DNA of 64,000 nt from Prevotella sp. UBA1104 (lineage in GTDB: Bacteria; Bacteroidota; Bacteroidia; Bacteroidales; Bacteroidaceae). The stretch spans positions 19,511 through 83,510 of the forward strand of contig DCBP01000096.1 of assembly GCA_002314055.1 (NCBI GenBank). The letters run 5' to 3'. The notes beneath the pieces are model-generated. The model saw nothing but the letters and a program-made list of their open reading frames with translations, was not told the DNA's origin and searched no databases. The position numbers were made by a program, and so were the translations under genes. Positions 10,700-21,249 of the stretch are shown here, one piece after another (position 1 is the stretch's first letter; each line of letters starts with the position of its first letter).

Positions 10700-12769
10700 T
10701 TAATTTTTTCTCAACACTACAGCCGAGCGTGCCGGAATGTAGAGTTTCAGCCATTCCTTGTGCTGGTCGACGTAGAGTTGGTCGTAATTGGTAAGATGAG
10801 TTATGGTGTCGTCGGTAAATCCGAATCCACCGTATTTTTTATTGTCAGTATTGAGCACCACGTCGTATGACCCTGTCGGCACGAGGAAGCCGTAGTCGGT
10901 AAACGATTTTACGGGGTTGAAGTTGAACACGAAAATCAAGTCCCCCCTCATGAAGGCGAGAATTTGGTCATCGTCGTTGTGCCATATTTCCTGTATTTTG
11001 GTGTTCTGGAATTTTGGCATCGACTTTATCGTCTCAATCATATCCTTGTCGAAGTCTCCGAGATAGTGGTAATCGAGTTCCTTGTTGTCCACGAGATTCC
11101 ATTGTCTGCGTGCGTATTTGTAGCTCCATCCGTTTCCTTCTCTCGGGAAGTCAATCCATTCCGGGTGTCCGAATTCGTTTCCCATGAAATTGAGGTATCC
11201 TCCGTTGATAGTAGCGGCAGTTACGAGTCTGATCATCTTGTGCAGAGCTATTCCTCTCTGCACGTTTCCGTTTTCGTCTCCCTTTTTAAAGTGCCAGTAC
11301 ATATCAGAGTCTACGAGTCGGAAGATAATCGTCTTGTCTCCCACGAGAGCCTGGTCATGACTTTCGCAGTAGCTTATGGTCTTTTCGTCCGGTCTGCGGT
11401 TTTTCACCTCCCAGAAGATGCTGCTCGGTTTCCATTCCTCGTCTCTTCTCTCCTTGATAGTCTTAATCCAGTAGTCAGGGATGTTCATAGCCATTCTGTA
11501 GTCGAAGCCCATACCTCCGTCTTTCACCTTAGCCGCCAGTCCCGGCATTCCGCTCACCTCCTCGGCGATAGTTATCGCCTTCGGGTTAATCTCGTGTATC
11601 ATTTCGTTTGCGAGGGTGAGGTAGCAGATAGCGTTGTCGTCCTCATGTCCGTTGTAGTAGTCGGGGTATCCGTTAAAGCTTTCTCCCAGTCCGTGGCTGT
11701 AGTAGAGCATTGATGTCACTCCGTCAAATCTGAATCCGTCGAAGTGGAATTCCTGCATCCAGTATTTGCAGTTGCTGAGCAAGAAGTGAACCACCTCGTC
11801 TTTTCCGTAGTCGAAGCAAAGGCTGTCCCATGCCGGGTGCTCATGCCTTTCTCCCGGGTAGAAGTATTGGTTAGGGTCTCCGGCAAGGTTGCCGAGTCCT
11901 TCCACTTCATTTTTCACGGCGTGGCTGTGCACGATGTCCATGATAACAGAGATGCCCATTTCATGTGCCGTGTCAATTAGCGACTTTAGTTCTTCCGGAG
12001 TACCAAATCTGCTGGACGGTGCGAAGAAACTGCTTACATGGTATCCGAACGAGCCATAGTAGGGGTGTTCCTGTATAGCCATAACTTGAATGCAGTTGTA
12101 TCCGTCGGCTTTAATTCGTGGCAGTATGTTGTCGCGGAATTCAGTATAGGAACCTACTTTCTCTTCGTCTTCCGCCATACCTACGTGACATTCGTATATG
12201 AGAAGAGGATTTTTGTCAGGCGAGAATTTTTTCTTCTTCCACTGGTATGGTTCCTCTGGGTTCCATACTTGTGCAGAGAAAATTTTTGTTTCTTCATCCT
12301 GTATAACTCTTGTCGTCCATGCCGGAATGCGTTCTCCATTTCCTCCGTCCCAGTAGACGTGCATTTTGTATAGCTGTCCGTGTTTTATGGCTTTTTCGCT
12401 GATGCGCAACTCCCAGTTTCCTGTTCCCTCTATTCTTTTAGCACGGAATTTTTCGTTTTCTTTCCAGTCGCTGAAATCACCCACGAGGAATAAGTCTGTG
12501 GCATTAGGAGCCCATTCTCTGAACACCCATCCTCGTTTCATCTTGTGCAGACCATAGTATTCGTGTCCGCTGGCGAAGTCTGCGAGTGAGCGTTTCCCAT
12601 TGCAAGTGAGTTGGCTCTTCTTCCATTGCGCATGTTCGTACCTTCCCTTTATAGCCTCTTCAAAGGGTTCCAGATAAGGGTCTTTCTGCACCAGTCCTAT
12701 ATGTTTTGGAGCTGCCTTGGTTTCTTTCCTTTTACCCCTTGCGGCAGTCTTGGTTGTTTGTCTTGCCAT
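10700..12769 (-). CDS. glgB: 1,4-alpha-glucan branching enzyme (GH13)
   Basis: REWAPNA, IYECHVGM, FDGFRFDGVTSM, AEEVSG, ESHDQALVGDKT motifs. Confidence 0.95.
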   Translation of the reverse strand: MARQTTKTAARGKRKETKAAPKHIGLVQKDPYLEPFEEAIKGRYEHAQWKKSQLTCNGKRSLADFASGHEYYGLHKMKRGWVFREWAPNATDLFLVGDFSDWKENEKFRAKRIEGTGNWELRISEKAIKHGQLYKMHVYWDGGNGERIPAWTTRVIQDEETKIFSAQVWNPEEPYQWKKKKFSPDKNPLLIYECHVGMAEDEEKVGSYTEFRDNILPRIKADGYNCIQVMAIQEHPYYGSFGYHVSSFFAPSSRFGTPEELKSLIDTAHEMGISVIMDIVHSHAVKNEVEGLGNLAGDPNQYFYPGERHEHPAWDSLCFDYGKDEVVHFLLSNCKYWMQEFHFDGFRFDGVTSMLYYSHGLGESFNGYPDYYNGHEDDNAICYLTLANEMIHEINPKAITIAEEVSGMPGLAAKVKDGGMGFDYRMAMNIPDYWIKTIKERRDEEWKPSSIFWEVKNRRPDEKTISYCESHDQALVGDKTIIFRLVDSDMYWHFKKGDENGNVQRGIALHKMIRLVTAATINGGYLNFMGNEFGHPEWIDFPREGNGWSYKYARRQWNLVDNKELDYHYLGDFDKDMIETIKSMPKFQNTKIQEIWHNDDDQILAFMRGDLIFVFNFNPVKSFTDYGFLVPTGSYDVVLNTDNKKYGGFGFTDDTITHLTNYDQLYVDQHKEWLKLYIPARSAVVLRKN

Positions 12770-12847
12770 AAATACAGATTCTATAAGTTAAAAAAGAGTA
12801 TGGTTTCCTTTCATCAGCCCTGTTTGCCGATATCCGTCTTACGACGT

Positions 12848-13291
12848 TTATGCCAATACTTTAAAAATTGCTTTTTTGATTTCTGCTTCGTCAGAGATAC
12901 ATGGAGCATGTCCGTCCTGCGGGAAGAAAATAGCGAATTCTCCTGGTTTGCATGTAACGTATGTATCTGCTGGAATTGCGAACTTCGTAATGTCTTTTTC
13001 GTCATTGTATTCACCCTCAGGCAGACTCTCGAGCGGAGTGTATCCGTATGTTTCCGATGTAGAGAGCGGTATCTGTATGTCGATCATTCTTTTGTGGGTT
13101 TCGAGCTTAGCCTCTTCCTTTGTCTTGCCTTTTGCAGTCTGAATGTTTACGAAGAGATCCTTTTCTTTGATGAAGTGTTTTCCCTCGTCAAGAGTGTTGA
13201 GGTCGTTTTCTTTGATAAACTTCACCACGTCCGCAAATAACGGGTTGAGAGTGGTGTATTTTTCCAGATTTTCAAGTGTGTCTATTACCAT
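12848..13291 (-). CDS. YhcH/YjgK/YiaL family protein
   Basis: LETHKRMIDIQI and FAIFFPQDGHAP motifs. Confidence 0.9.
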   Translation of the reverse strand: MVIDTLENLEKYTTLNPLFADVVKFIKENDLNTLDEGKHFIKEKDLFVNIQTAKGKTKEEAKLETHKRMIDIQIPLSTSETYGYTPLESLPEGEYNDEKDITKFAIPADTYVTCKPGEFAIFFPQDGHAPCISDEAEIKKAIFKVLA

Positions 13292-13371
13292 TTTTTTGAT
13301 TTTTATATTGTTAAAAGTTTATATCTATTCTGAGAGTTATGGTGAAAACAGAGGTTTCTCCCATATTTCTG

Positions 13372-14508
13372 CTATTGTCTTCTTCCCCTTATATACATCC
13401 CTTGAGCGGTAATGTTTCCGTTTCGGTCTTTTTCGATGAATTTGCCGTCGCGTTCATCATCCTTATACGAGCCTTCAAAGCGTTTGCCGTCTTTGTCCAC
13501 CTCGATAGCCTGTCCTTCCCTTTTTCCGTTGCGGAAGGTCCCTTTGAATTTGTTGCCGTTGGCGAAATGGATAATCATGAGTCCGTTTTGTTTTCCGTTT
13601 TGGAATTCCCCTTCAAAGACGTCTCCGTTTTTCTTTGTCAGTTTTCCGTGTCCGTTTTGCATGTCGTTGTTCCACGAACCAACGTATACGTCTCCGTTTT
13701 TCCATACAAAAGTTCCGATGCCCTCCATGTTTCCCTCGTTGAAATGTCCCGTATAGTGGTCGCCGTTAGCGAAGGTGAAGATTCCTTCTCCAGTGCGTTT
13801 CCCCTTGAGGTAGTCGCCTTCATACACGTCTCCGTTTCTGAACTTGTATATTCCCTTTCCGTTTTGCATGTCGTTTTGCCAGTCGCCGATGTATACGTCG
13901 CCGTCAGAATATTTGTTTGTTCCCTTTCCGGAGCGCTGGTTGTCGAGCCAGGTGCCGTCGTATGTCGTTCCGTCGCCCCAGTCGAAGAATCCCTTTCCGC
14001 ACTTTTTGTCGTCTTTCCATTCTCCATCATAGTAAGCACCGCTGGCGTATGTGTATTTTCCTTTTCCTTGTCTCTTGTCATGATACCAGTTCCCGTCGTA
14101 TTTGTCTCCGTTGTAGTAAGCCATTACGCCGTGTCCCTCCTGGTAGTCGCGAAACCACAGTCCGTCGTATTTGTTGTTGTTGATGAAGTGGTAGGTTCCC
14201 TTTCCGTGCTGCTGGTCCTGAAACCATTCCCCCTCGTATTTTTCTCCGTCGGAGAAGGTGTAGACGCCGTATCCCTGTCGTCTTCCCTTTACATATTCCC
14301 CTTCGTAGGTGTCGCCGTTCTTGTATATAGCGAAGCCTTTTCCGTTAGGTTTTCCTGCCAGCATCTCCCCTTTAAACTGTCCTCCGTCTTTTGTCGTACA
14401 TGATCCGAGGGATATTTTCTGTGCGAGACACAATGCCGGCATTATGGCAAGTAGTAATATATATAGTTTCTTTTTCACGTTTTGTCTTACTTTGGTTATT
14501 AATGCCAA
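13372..14508 (-). CDS. Secreted MORN-repeat protein
   Basis: Signal peptide followed by about 14 tandem 23-aa NGDxYxGxWxxDxxxGxG repeats; start uncertain. Confidence 0.9.
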   Translation of the reverse strand: MALITKVRQNVKKKLYILLLAIMPALCLAQKISLGSCTTKDGGQFKGEMLAGKPNGKGFAIYKNGDTYEGEYVKGRRQGYGVYTFSDGEKYEGEWFQDQQHGKGTYHFINNNKYDGLWFRDYQEGHGVMAYYNGDKYDGNWYHDKRQGKGKYTYASGAYYDGEWKDDKKCGKGFFDWGDGTTYDGTWLDNQRSGKGTNKYSDGDVYIGDWQNDMQNGKGIYKFRNGDVYEGDYLKGKRTGEGIFTFANGDHYTGHFNEGNMEGIGTFVWKNGDVYVGSWNNDMQNGHGKLTKKNGDVFEGEFQNGKQNGLMIIHFANGNKFKGTFRNGKREGQAIEVDKDGKRFEGSYKDDERDGKFIEKDRNGNITAQGMYIRGRRQ

Positions 14509-14681
14509 AGGTAGTGATTTTTTTTGACGTAGGCAAACTTTTTAGCTTTTTTTTGAATATAGGCGACTTGTGGTGCATAACTCTATTGCTCATGCTCTCT
14601 GAATGCGTTGGATAAGATTGCTAACTGCGGAAAAAATTGTTCCTCACTACACACTCCGAATCACTCCACATACGATAAATT

Positions 14682-14841
14682 TGTTTCATTGTTTCATTGT
14701 TTCATGTTTCATTAAGCACCTTCAAAAAAGTGGAAGTGGATTTTTATATTATATATATAATATATTATATATATAATATAAACCTTTTTCTGCACTTCGG
14801 AAAGCCCTTAATGAAACATGAAACAATGAAACAATGAAACA
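14682..14841. repeat. 35-bp perfect inverted repeat of TGTTTCAT units around an AT-only core
   Basis: 14682-14716 is the exact reverse complement of 14807-14841. Confidence 0.9.
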
Positions 14842-14847
14842 TTTATT

Positions 14848-15936
14848 CTAATTCCAATCATAGCTGCCCGGCTTCAGTACAATAATAGTTTCGCCGTAAC
14901 GGAGTGCCACCACTCCCGGAGCAAATTCTCCTTCAACCGAGAGGGTGGTCCAGTTCATGGCTGAGAGAGCGGTAAACGCCGTGGCACCGCCCTCAAAAAT
15001 CAGAGTGGAGGGCGTCTTCTCGTCTACAAGCTCCGCTGTGGCAATGGCTGTAAGCTGGCGCAGTCGGGAGGCATAGTCTGCCCCCATTGCCTGATGATTG
15101 CCTATGCGTATGGCGAGTGCCGAACTGTGGAGCCACTCTCTTTTTAGATGCAAGAGCCATGTTTGAGGTGGGGCGCCATGGAATACATCGTCAGACATCG
15201 TAATCTCTGTGCCGCCAAACTGACAGAAAGGAGGGGTAGCGACGAGGCTACGGCTCTGGGTGCTGCCCTGTATGGCGAGTAATGGACCGCTGAGCGCATT
15301 TACCGAAAGACGGGAGTTAAAAGGGGAGCTGGCTGCCGTTGCTGCATTATGGGCAAGGAGAAAAGCGGCAAAGGTGTCGGCTCCTCCGGCTACGAGTGTG
15401 CTTGGGGGAGCTTGCTTTACGAGACTTTGGATTTCGCTTTCTGTCGTGGCGTCGGCAATGTATACGGCAGAAGGACTGCCATGGAGCAGTTTGCTGACTT
15501 CTGACGTGTGGGCTGGGAATTCCGGGTCGCAGGCAAAGGCAGTCTTACTGAGCTCCACGCCGTCGACATAATATCTTCCGCCGCTGATTATGCGTCCTCG
15601 TGACGGGTTCTGCGGCAAGAGCAGAACTTTCTCGAATGCCGTGGCGCCGAGAATGGCAGAGAGTTCCTCGCCTACGTTACCGCGCAATACGGAGTCGACC
15701 TTCTTGAAAAGCAACGGTTGTGGGTTGAGGCTCATAGCTTGTCGACAGAGGCGCCGACAGGTCTCTTGGGCTACGGATGGGGCTGCGGAGCGTGTGTCTG
15801 TGGCAATAACAACAACATCGGCGTGATTGTCAACAGGTACGGAGTTGATGGAAAAGTCTACGGAACATCCGTGGCGGAGAGCCACTCCGGCAATTTCGGC
15901 AGCCCCAGTGATGTCGTCGGCAATGGCTATAATCAT
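14848..15936 (-). CDS. Four-carbon acid sugar kinase family (DUF1537)
   Basis: IADDITGAAE, TDTRS, KKVDSVLRGN, GGATA and KPGS motifs; adjacent to pdxA-like gene. Confidence 0.88.
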   Translation of the reverse strand: MIIAIADDITGAAEIAGVALRHGCSVDFSINSVPVDNHADVVVIATDTRSAAPSVAQETCRRLCRQAMSLNPQPLLFKKVDSVLRGNVGEELSAILGATAFEKVLLLPQNPSRGRIISGGRYYVDGVELSKTAFACDPEFPAHTSEVSKLLHGSPSAVYIADATTESEIQSLVKQAPPSTLVAGGADTFAAFLLAHNAATAASSPFNSRLSVNALSGPLLAIQGSTQSRSLVATPPFCQFGGTEITMSDDVFHGAPPQTWLLHLKREWLHSSALAIRIGNHQAMGADYASRLRQLTAIATAELVDEKTPSTLIFEGGATAFTALSAMNWTTLSVEGEFAPGVVALRYGETIIVLKPGSYDWN

Positions 15937-16985
15937 ATTTCCTCCCCCTTGCCGCCTTTGCGCGATAATGCCATCCTCGTGGCGTAGTCGATCGACAGCA
16001 GCATGGCGTCTGGACTTGCCACTCCCTTTCCTGCCACGTCGAATGCCGTGCCATGGTCTACGGAAACGCGGATAATTGGCAGTCCGAGAGTGATGTTCAC
16101 TCCCTTTGCCGTTTTCATCTCGCCCGTTTCCTTGTCCCAGTTGAAGCCAACGACCTTAAACGGTATATGTCCTTGATCGTGGTACATTGCCACACATCCG
16201 TCATACTTGCCGCATTTTGCCTTGGCAAATAGCGTGTCAGGCGGAACGGGACCTTCCACGTTGAACCCTCGTGCCTTCAGTTCCTCTACGGCGGGCTCAA
16301 TCTCCAGTCGCTCCTCGTCGCCGAAGAGTCCGCCGTCGCTGGCATGAGGGTTTAGTCCGGCGATACCGATCTTTGGGTTCTCGATGCCAAACTGTCTGCA
16401 TGCGTCTGTTATCAGTTCCGTTACGTCTATGATGCGTTCTTTCTTAACCAGGTCGCAAGCCTTGCGTAGCGGTACGTGGGTAGACACGTGGATTACGCGT
16501 AGCGACTCGTCGGCAAGGAGCATGGCGTATTTTTTCGTGTGAGTATAGGTGGCATAAATCTCCGTATGTCCGTCGAAATGATGACCGGCAAGATTTAGTG
16601 CTTCCTTGTTGAGCGGTGCCGTTACTGTGGCGTCAACCTTACCGTCCATGGCAAGCTGGATAGCCGTTACTACTGATTGGAAGGCAGCGTTGCCGCATTG
16701 TACGGCAACCTTGCCCTGTTCAAACAGCTGCATGTCGATGAGGTGCAAATCCATCACGTCAACAGTGCCAAGTTCAAATTTCGCCTCTTCCACTTCTTTT
16801 ATGGTATGAATCTTAAGGGCAGATTTCTGTTGTCTTGCCACAAATTCCATTACTCCAGCGTCGCCCACTACGAGAGGGCGGCATTTTGAGTAAGTTTCTT
16901 CCATTGCGAGAGCCTGTAGGATTATTTCCGGACCTATTCCTGCCGGATCTCCCATTGTAATTGCCAATATAGGTTTCATATTCAT
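15933..16985 (-). CDS. pdxA: PdxA-family dehydrogenase (likely PdxA2, tetronate-4-phosphate dehydrogenase)
   Basis: TMGDPAGIGPE, GHTE, GLNPHA, AMYHDQG, SVDHGTAFD motifs. Confidence 0.92.
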   Translation of the reverse strand: MNMKPILAITMGDPAGIGPEIILQALAMEETYSKCRPLVVGDAGVMEFVARQQKSALKIHTIKEVEEAKFELGTVDVMDLHLIDMQLFEQGKVAVQCGNAAFQSVVTAIQLAMDGKVDATVTAPLNKEALNLAGHHFDGHTEIYATYTHTKKYAMLLADESLRVIHVSTHVPLRKACDLVKKERIIDVTELITDACRQFGIENPKIGIAGLNPHASDGGLFGDEERLEIEPAVEELKARGFNVEGPVPPDTLFAKAKCGKYDGCVAMYHDQGHIPFKVVGFNWDKETGEMKTAKGVNITLGLPIIRVSVDHGTAFDVAGKGVASPDAMLLSIDYATRMALSRKGGKGEEI

Positions 16986-16996
16986 TATTTTCTTTT

Positions 16997-18556
16997 TTAT
17001 TTGTTTTCCTTTCTCTTTTCCTCAAGATATCCGTAGATTGTCAGCTCTTTGTCGGCAAGTGGCGTTTTAAAGAACAAACTTGCCACGTAGCCAACGACGA
17101 GTACAATTATATGACTGTATACACCGAGCATATATTTATGATGGGTGAAATTCCAACTGCCAAGGTCGAGCAACATTCTGTCGTCGCCATAGTGTGTTGA
17201 TGTAAGTACGGCGTATGCTGTGAATACTATTGCTGCGGCGATTCCGATATAAAGTCCCTGCCAGTTGGCGCGACGGCTGAACAGACCGAGCAGGAAGATT
17301 CCCACGATGCCGGCGGAGAGGATAGCGTATAGTCCGAAGAGTGTTCCTAATACTCCTTCACCGCCCCATGCCACGTAGAGCAGTGCACAGGCAATGGCTC
17401 CGAGTCCTGTTATGACGACAGCCCAGCGTCCCACGCGCATTTTCTGTCTGTCGGTAGCCGTTTTGCGGAAACGACCGTAGTAGTCTTCTACCACGATTGC
17501 CGAGATGCAGTTTATGTCGGCGTCGATGCTCGATATTGCTCCAGCTATGAGAGCCGCGAGGATAAGTCCTGTTATGCCTACAGGCATCTCCGTAGAGATG
17601 AAGTAGGGGAAGACTTCGTCGCTCTTTATCCCTTCAGGCAGTATGCCGCTGTTGATATGGTAGTAGGCGAAGAGACACGTGCCGACGAACATGAAAAGTG
17701 CCCATGTTGGCACACTCAGGAAGATACCTAAATAAGAGGCGCGCTTAGCACTGCGGTCATCGCGTGCCGTAAGATAGCGCTGTACGATACTTTGGTCTGT
17801 GCCGTATTTCTGTAGAGCGTAGAAGATACCGTTGAGTACCATTACGAGGAAGGTGAGATGAGTCAGATCCATGTCGTAAGGACCGAAGTCGATTTTCTTG
17901 TATTCTCCTGCAATGCGGAAAATCTCGGCTGGTCCGCCATCGGTAAGATAGAACAGCATGCCCACGGCAAGCAGTCCGCCGATAATAAGCAGAAACCCTT
18001 GAATGACGTCCATCCATATTATCGCTTCCATACCGCCGAAGAATGTCATTACGATAACCACGGCTCCGATGATGATTATGACCCATCGGATATCCATCCC
18101 GCCCACGAACATCGCCATGGCGAGAGCGAGCAGATACAGGATTGTGCCCATCTTTGAGAAATGCTCCAATACAAAGGCGAAGGAGCTGTAGAGACGTGCC
18201 AGTGGACCGAATCTGCGCTCGAAGTATTCGTAAGTGCTGAGACGTATTACGCGACGGTAAAGTGGTACGATGAAGCCGATGAGACATACGAGAACGAGCG
18301 GAACCATGAGCCCCTGAACAAGTAAAATCCAGTTGCCGGCATAAGCGTTGCCGGGGTAGGCTAGGAATGTTACGCTGCTTATTATCGTGGCGAACATCGA
18401 CATTCCGACTGCCCACGACGGTATGTTGCCACCGGCAGCAAAATAGGTATCCGTAGAATTCTGGTTGCGTGAGAAATAGAAGCCCACGCCGAGTGCCATT
18501 ATTATAGAAACTATTATGATGGCGATGTCTATCCAGTGAAGAGATGATGTTTCCAT
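16997..18556 (-). CDS. Sodium:solute symporter
   Basis: Many TM helices; YFAAGG, STYEYFERRFG, DQSIVQRYL motifs. Confidence 0.92.
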   Translation of the reverse strand: METSSLHWIDIAIIIVSIIMALGVGFYFSRNQNSTDTYFAAGGNIPSWAVGMSMFATIISSVTFLAYPGNAYAGNWILLVQGLMVPLVLVCLIGFIVPLYRRVIRLSTYEYFERRFGPLARLYSSFAFVLEHFSKMGTILYLLALAMAMFVGGMDIRWVIIIIGAVVIVMTFFGGMEAIIWMDVIQGFLLIIGGLLAVGMLFYLTDGGPAEIFRIAGEYKKIDFGPYDMDLTHLTFLVMVLNGIFYALQKYGTDQSIVQRYLTARDDRSAKRASYLGIFLSVPTWALFMFVGTCLFAYYHINSGILPEGIKSDEVFPYFISTEMPVGITGLILAALIAGAISSIDADINCISAIVVEDYYGRFRKTATDRQKMRVGRWAVVITGLGAIACALLYVAWGGEGVLGTLFGLYAILSAGIVGIFLLGLFSRRANWQGLYIGIAAAIVFTAYAVLTSTHYGDDRMLLDLGSWNFTHHKYMLGVYSHIIVLVVGYVASLFFKTPLADKELTIYGYLEEKRKENK

Positions 18557-18583
18557 GGGTGTAGTTTTTATAGGTGTCTTTAA

Positions 18584-19483
18584 TTAATAAAATCTCTTTA
18601 TTTCGCTCTTTATCCTTTCGGCGGTTGAGGCGTCAAGCTCAGTGAGCGGCGGTAACATGTAGGTTTCGCAAAGTCCGAATTGCTTCATGATAACCTTCAG
18701 TCCGGCAAGCGATTGTCCGAGTGTAAGTCCTGTAGTATTAACTTTACCCATGTCGACAGTAAGCCTTTGTAAACGTTCTGCTTCATCGAAATCACCCTTC
18801 AAGGCAGCCTCGAATAAATCGTTGTAAAGTTTTGGGGCATAATTGCCTACGCTTGGTACAATACCGTCTGCTCCTAATTTCATGGCATGGGCAGAATTTG
18901 CGGCACATCCACAGAAATAGGCAAAGTCGTCGCGGTCGGCAAAGATTTTCAGAGCCTGTTCCATACGTTCTAAGTCGTTCTCCGAATCTTTCAGTCCTAC
19001 GATGTTTGGAAGCCGACTCAGTCGTTCTATAACATCAAGCGGAATACTCATGTGGGTTGTAATCGTGATGTTGTAAAGCATCAGTGGAATGCTGATGTTT
19101 TCAGAAAGATTCTTGTAGTATTCATACATCTGGTCGGGGGTGAGGGCATAGTAGCTCGGCAGGGTGGCAGCTATGACGTCGGCGCCAGCCTCCGTGAAAA
19201 GCTTTGCTGCCCGTAACTGTTCGCTCCAGCATGTGCCGCATAGCCCGGCGTATATAAGTATGCGCCCGGCGCTGACCTTTGTTGCCGTCTCTATCATGCG
19301 CGCTCCTTGTTCGGCGGAAACGGAATTTCCTTCACCGGTGGTGCCCATTATGAGTGCCGAAACGTTGTTGCGGGCAAAGTTTTCTATGATTTTCTCTACT
19401 GCTTTAAGGTCTACGTCGCCGTCTTTGGTGACAGGTGTTACCATTGGAACCACTACTCCGTGGTATTTCTCGTTTACTTTCAT
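18584..19483 (-). CDS. DapA/NAL-family class I aldolase
   Basis: GVVVPMVTP, MGTTGE, LMLYN, GLKDS (Schiff-base Lys); start set at MKVNEK. Confidence 0.88.
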   Translation of the reverse strand: MKVNEKYHGVVVPMVTPVTKDGDVDLKAVEKIIENFARNNVSALIMGTTGEGNSVSAEQGARMIETATKVSAGRILIYAGLCGTCWSEQLRAAKLFTEAGADVIAATLPSYYALTPDQMYEYYKNLSENISIPLMLYNITITTHMSIPLDVIERLSRLPNIVGLKDSENDLERMEQALKIFADRDDFAYFCGCAANSAHAMKLGADGIVPSVGNYAPKLYNDLFEAALKGDFDEAERLQRLTVDMGKVNTTGLTLGQSLAGLKVIMKQFGLCETYMLPPLTELDASTAERIKSEIKRFY

Positions 19484-19740
19484 ATTGTTTTTTTTGATTA
19501 TGTTATTAGACTGTTTGTGGAAAATTGTAGATTTTCTTCGGGGATTTTTAGTCCCGTGTTTTAGAATAGACTCGTAAAATAGTGCTTTGTAACGTATGAA
19601 TGGTATGAAAAGTGTTTGTTTGTTCGGAAAACTTGCAAATATATTTTCGTATGTCAGATAAAATTTGTATATTTGCATGGCGGAAGGATAAAGTGACTTC
19701 TGCTGCTTAACATAGTAAAAATAACCAAAATAAATATCGT

Positions 19741-20226
19741 ATGAAAAAACTAATGATGCTCGTCGTTGGACTCGTTATGACTATAGCTGCCAACGCTCAA
19801 TTTGAACAGGGTAAATATTATGTCAGCGGCTCGCTCACAGGGCTTAATATGAGCTATAGCGGAGCTGACAAATTTAATCTGGGTGTTGAGGCTAAAGGCG
19901 GATACATGGTGGCAGACAACTGGATGGCGCTTGCCATGGCGGGATATTCTCATAGCGGACAGGATGGAATTGACGACACGTTCCAGGCTGGTGTGGGTGG
20001 AAGATACTACATTATTGAAAATGGACTGTATATGGGCGTAAATGCAAAGTTTGTACGCGGCAACAGCAGTTATAATGACTTTATGCCGGGTATAGAACTT
20101 GGATATGCTTTCTTCCTCGGAAGGAGCGTTACGGTAGAGCCTGCCGTGTACTACGACCAGTCTATTAAAAATCATTCTGACTACTCTAAAGTTGGCTTGC
20201 GTGTAGGTGTGGGCATTTATCTCTAA
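19741..20226 (+). CDS. Outer membrane beta-barrel protein
   Basis: Signal peptide ANA-Q, alternating beta-strand pattern, C-terminal VGVGIYL. Confidence 0.8.
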   Translation: MKKLMMLVVGLVMTIAANAQFEQGKYYVSGSLTGLNMSYSGADKFNLGVEAKGGYMVADNWMALAMAGYSHSGQDGIDDTFQAGVGGRYYIIENGLYMGVNAKFVRGNSSYNDFMPGIELGYAFFLGRSVTVEPAVYYDQSIKNHSDYSKVGLRVGVGIYL

Positions 20227-20356
20227 GAGTAAGGGTTGGAAGTGTGGTGTGAGGGGAGAGCGGAATTTGTTTTTGTTCCATTCTTTTATAAATCACCCTC
20301 CCTCCCATAACTAATCCCATAACTAATAATGATAACAATAACAGTAACAAAAAACT

Positions 20357-21205
20357 ATGTATACAGTAGACGAATTGGAAGATAAACTGATAGATTTGGC
20401 TTTTGCTGAGGATATCGGCGACGGAGACCATACCACTTTGTGTTGTATTCCTGAAGATGCAATGGGAAAATCACATCTGTTAATAAAGGAAGACGGAATC
20501 CTCGCCGGAGTGGAAGTGGCAAAAAAAGTATTTGCCAGATTTGACAAGACAATGAAGGTAGAGGTGCTCATCAATGATGGTACTCCTGTGAAAAAAGGAG
20601 ACATCGCAATGGTGGTAACAGGTAAAGTGCGCTCGCTGCTGCAGACCGAGAGACTTATGCTTAATATCATGCAGAGAATGAGCGGTATCGCTACAATGAC
20701 GCATAAATATGTAGAGAGACTGAAGGGTACGAAAACTCACGTGCTCGATACAAGAAAGACCACACCTGGAATGAGAATGCTTGAAAAACAGGCTGTCAAG
20801 ATTGGCGGAGGAATGAATCATCGTATCGGACTCTTTGACATGATTTTGCTTAAAGATAATCATGTCGATTTTGCCGGAGGCATAACTAACGCTATTGACC
20901 GCTGCCATAAATATCTTGACGAAAAGGGACTGAAACTGAAAATAGAAATTGAAGTTAGAAACTTCGACGAGATGAATCAGGTCCTTGAACACGGAGGGGT
21001 AGACCGCATAATGCTCGACAACTTCTCTGTGGAGGATACGAAAAAGGCTGTGGAGATTATTAATGGAAGAGTGGAGACGGAATCCAGCGGAGGCATAACT
21101 TTTGACACTATACGCGACTATGCCGAGTGTGGAGTTGACTTTATCTCCGTAGGAGCTCTTACTCATTCTGTTAAGGGACTTGATATGAGCTTTAAGGCTT
21201 GCTAA
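20357..21205 (+). CDS. nadC: Nicotinate-nucleotide pyrophosphorylase (quinolinate phosphoribosyltransferase)
   Basis: EDIGDGDHT, DTRKTTPG, HRIGLFDMILLKDNH, IMLDN, SVGALTHS motifs. Confidence 0.97.
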   Translation: MYTVDELEDKLIDLAFAEDIGDGDHTTLCCIPEDAMGKSHLLIKEDGILAGVEVAKKVFARFDKTMKVEVLINDGTPVKKGDIAMVVTGKVRSLLQTERLMLNIMQRMSGIATMTHKYVERLKGTKTHVLDTRKTTPGMRMLEKQAVKIGGGMNHRIGLFDMILLKDNHVDFAGGITNAIDRCHKYLDEKGLKLKIEIEVRNFDEMNQVLEHGGVDRIMLDNFSVEDTKKAVEIINGRVETESSGGITFDTIRDYAECGVDFISVGALTHSVKGLDMSFKAC

Positions 21206-21249
21206 AGAAGTTGGCGAGTTTCTATGAATGCTATTTTATAAAAGCTAAA

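Noticed and set aside
13339..14403. 354-aa + strand ORF
   Set aside because: Antisense shadow of the MORN-repeat gene
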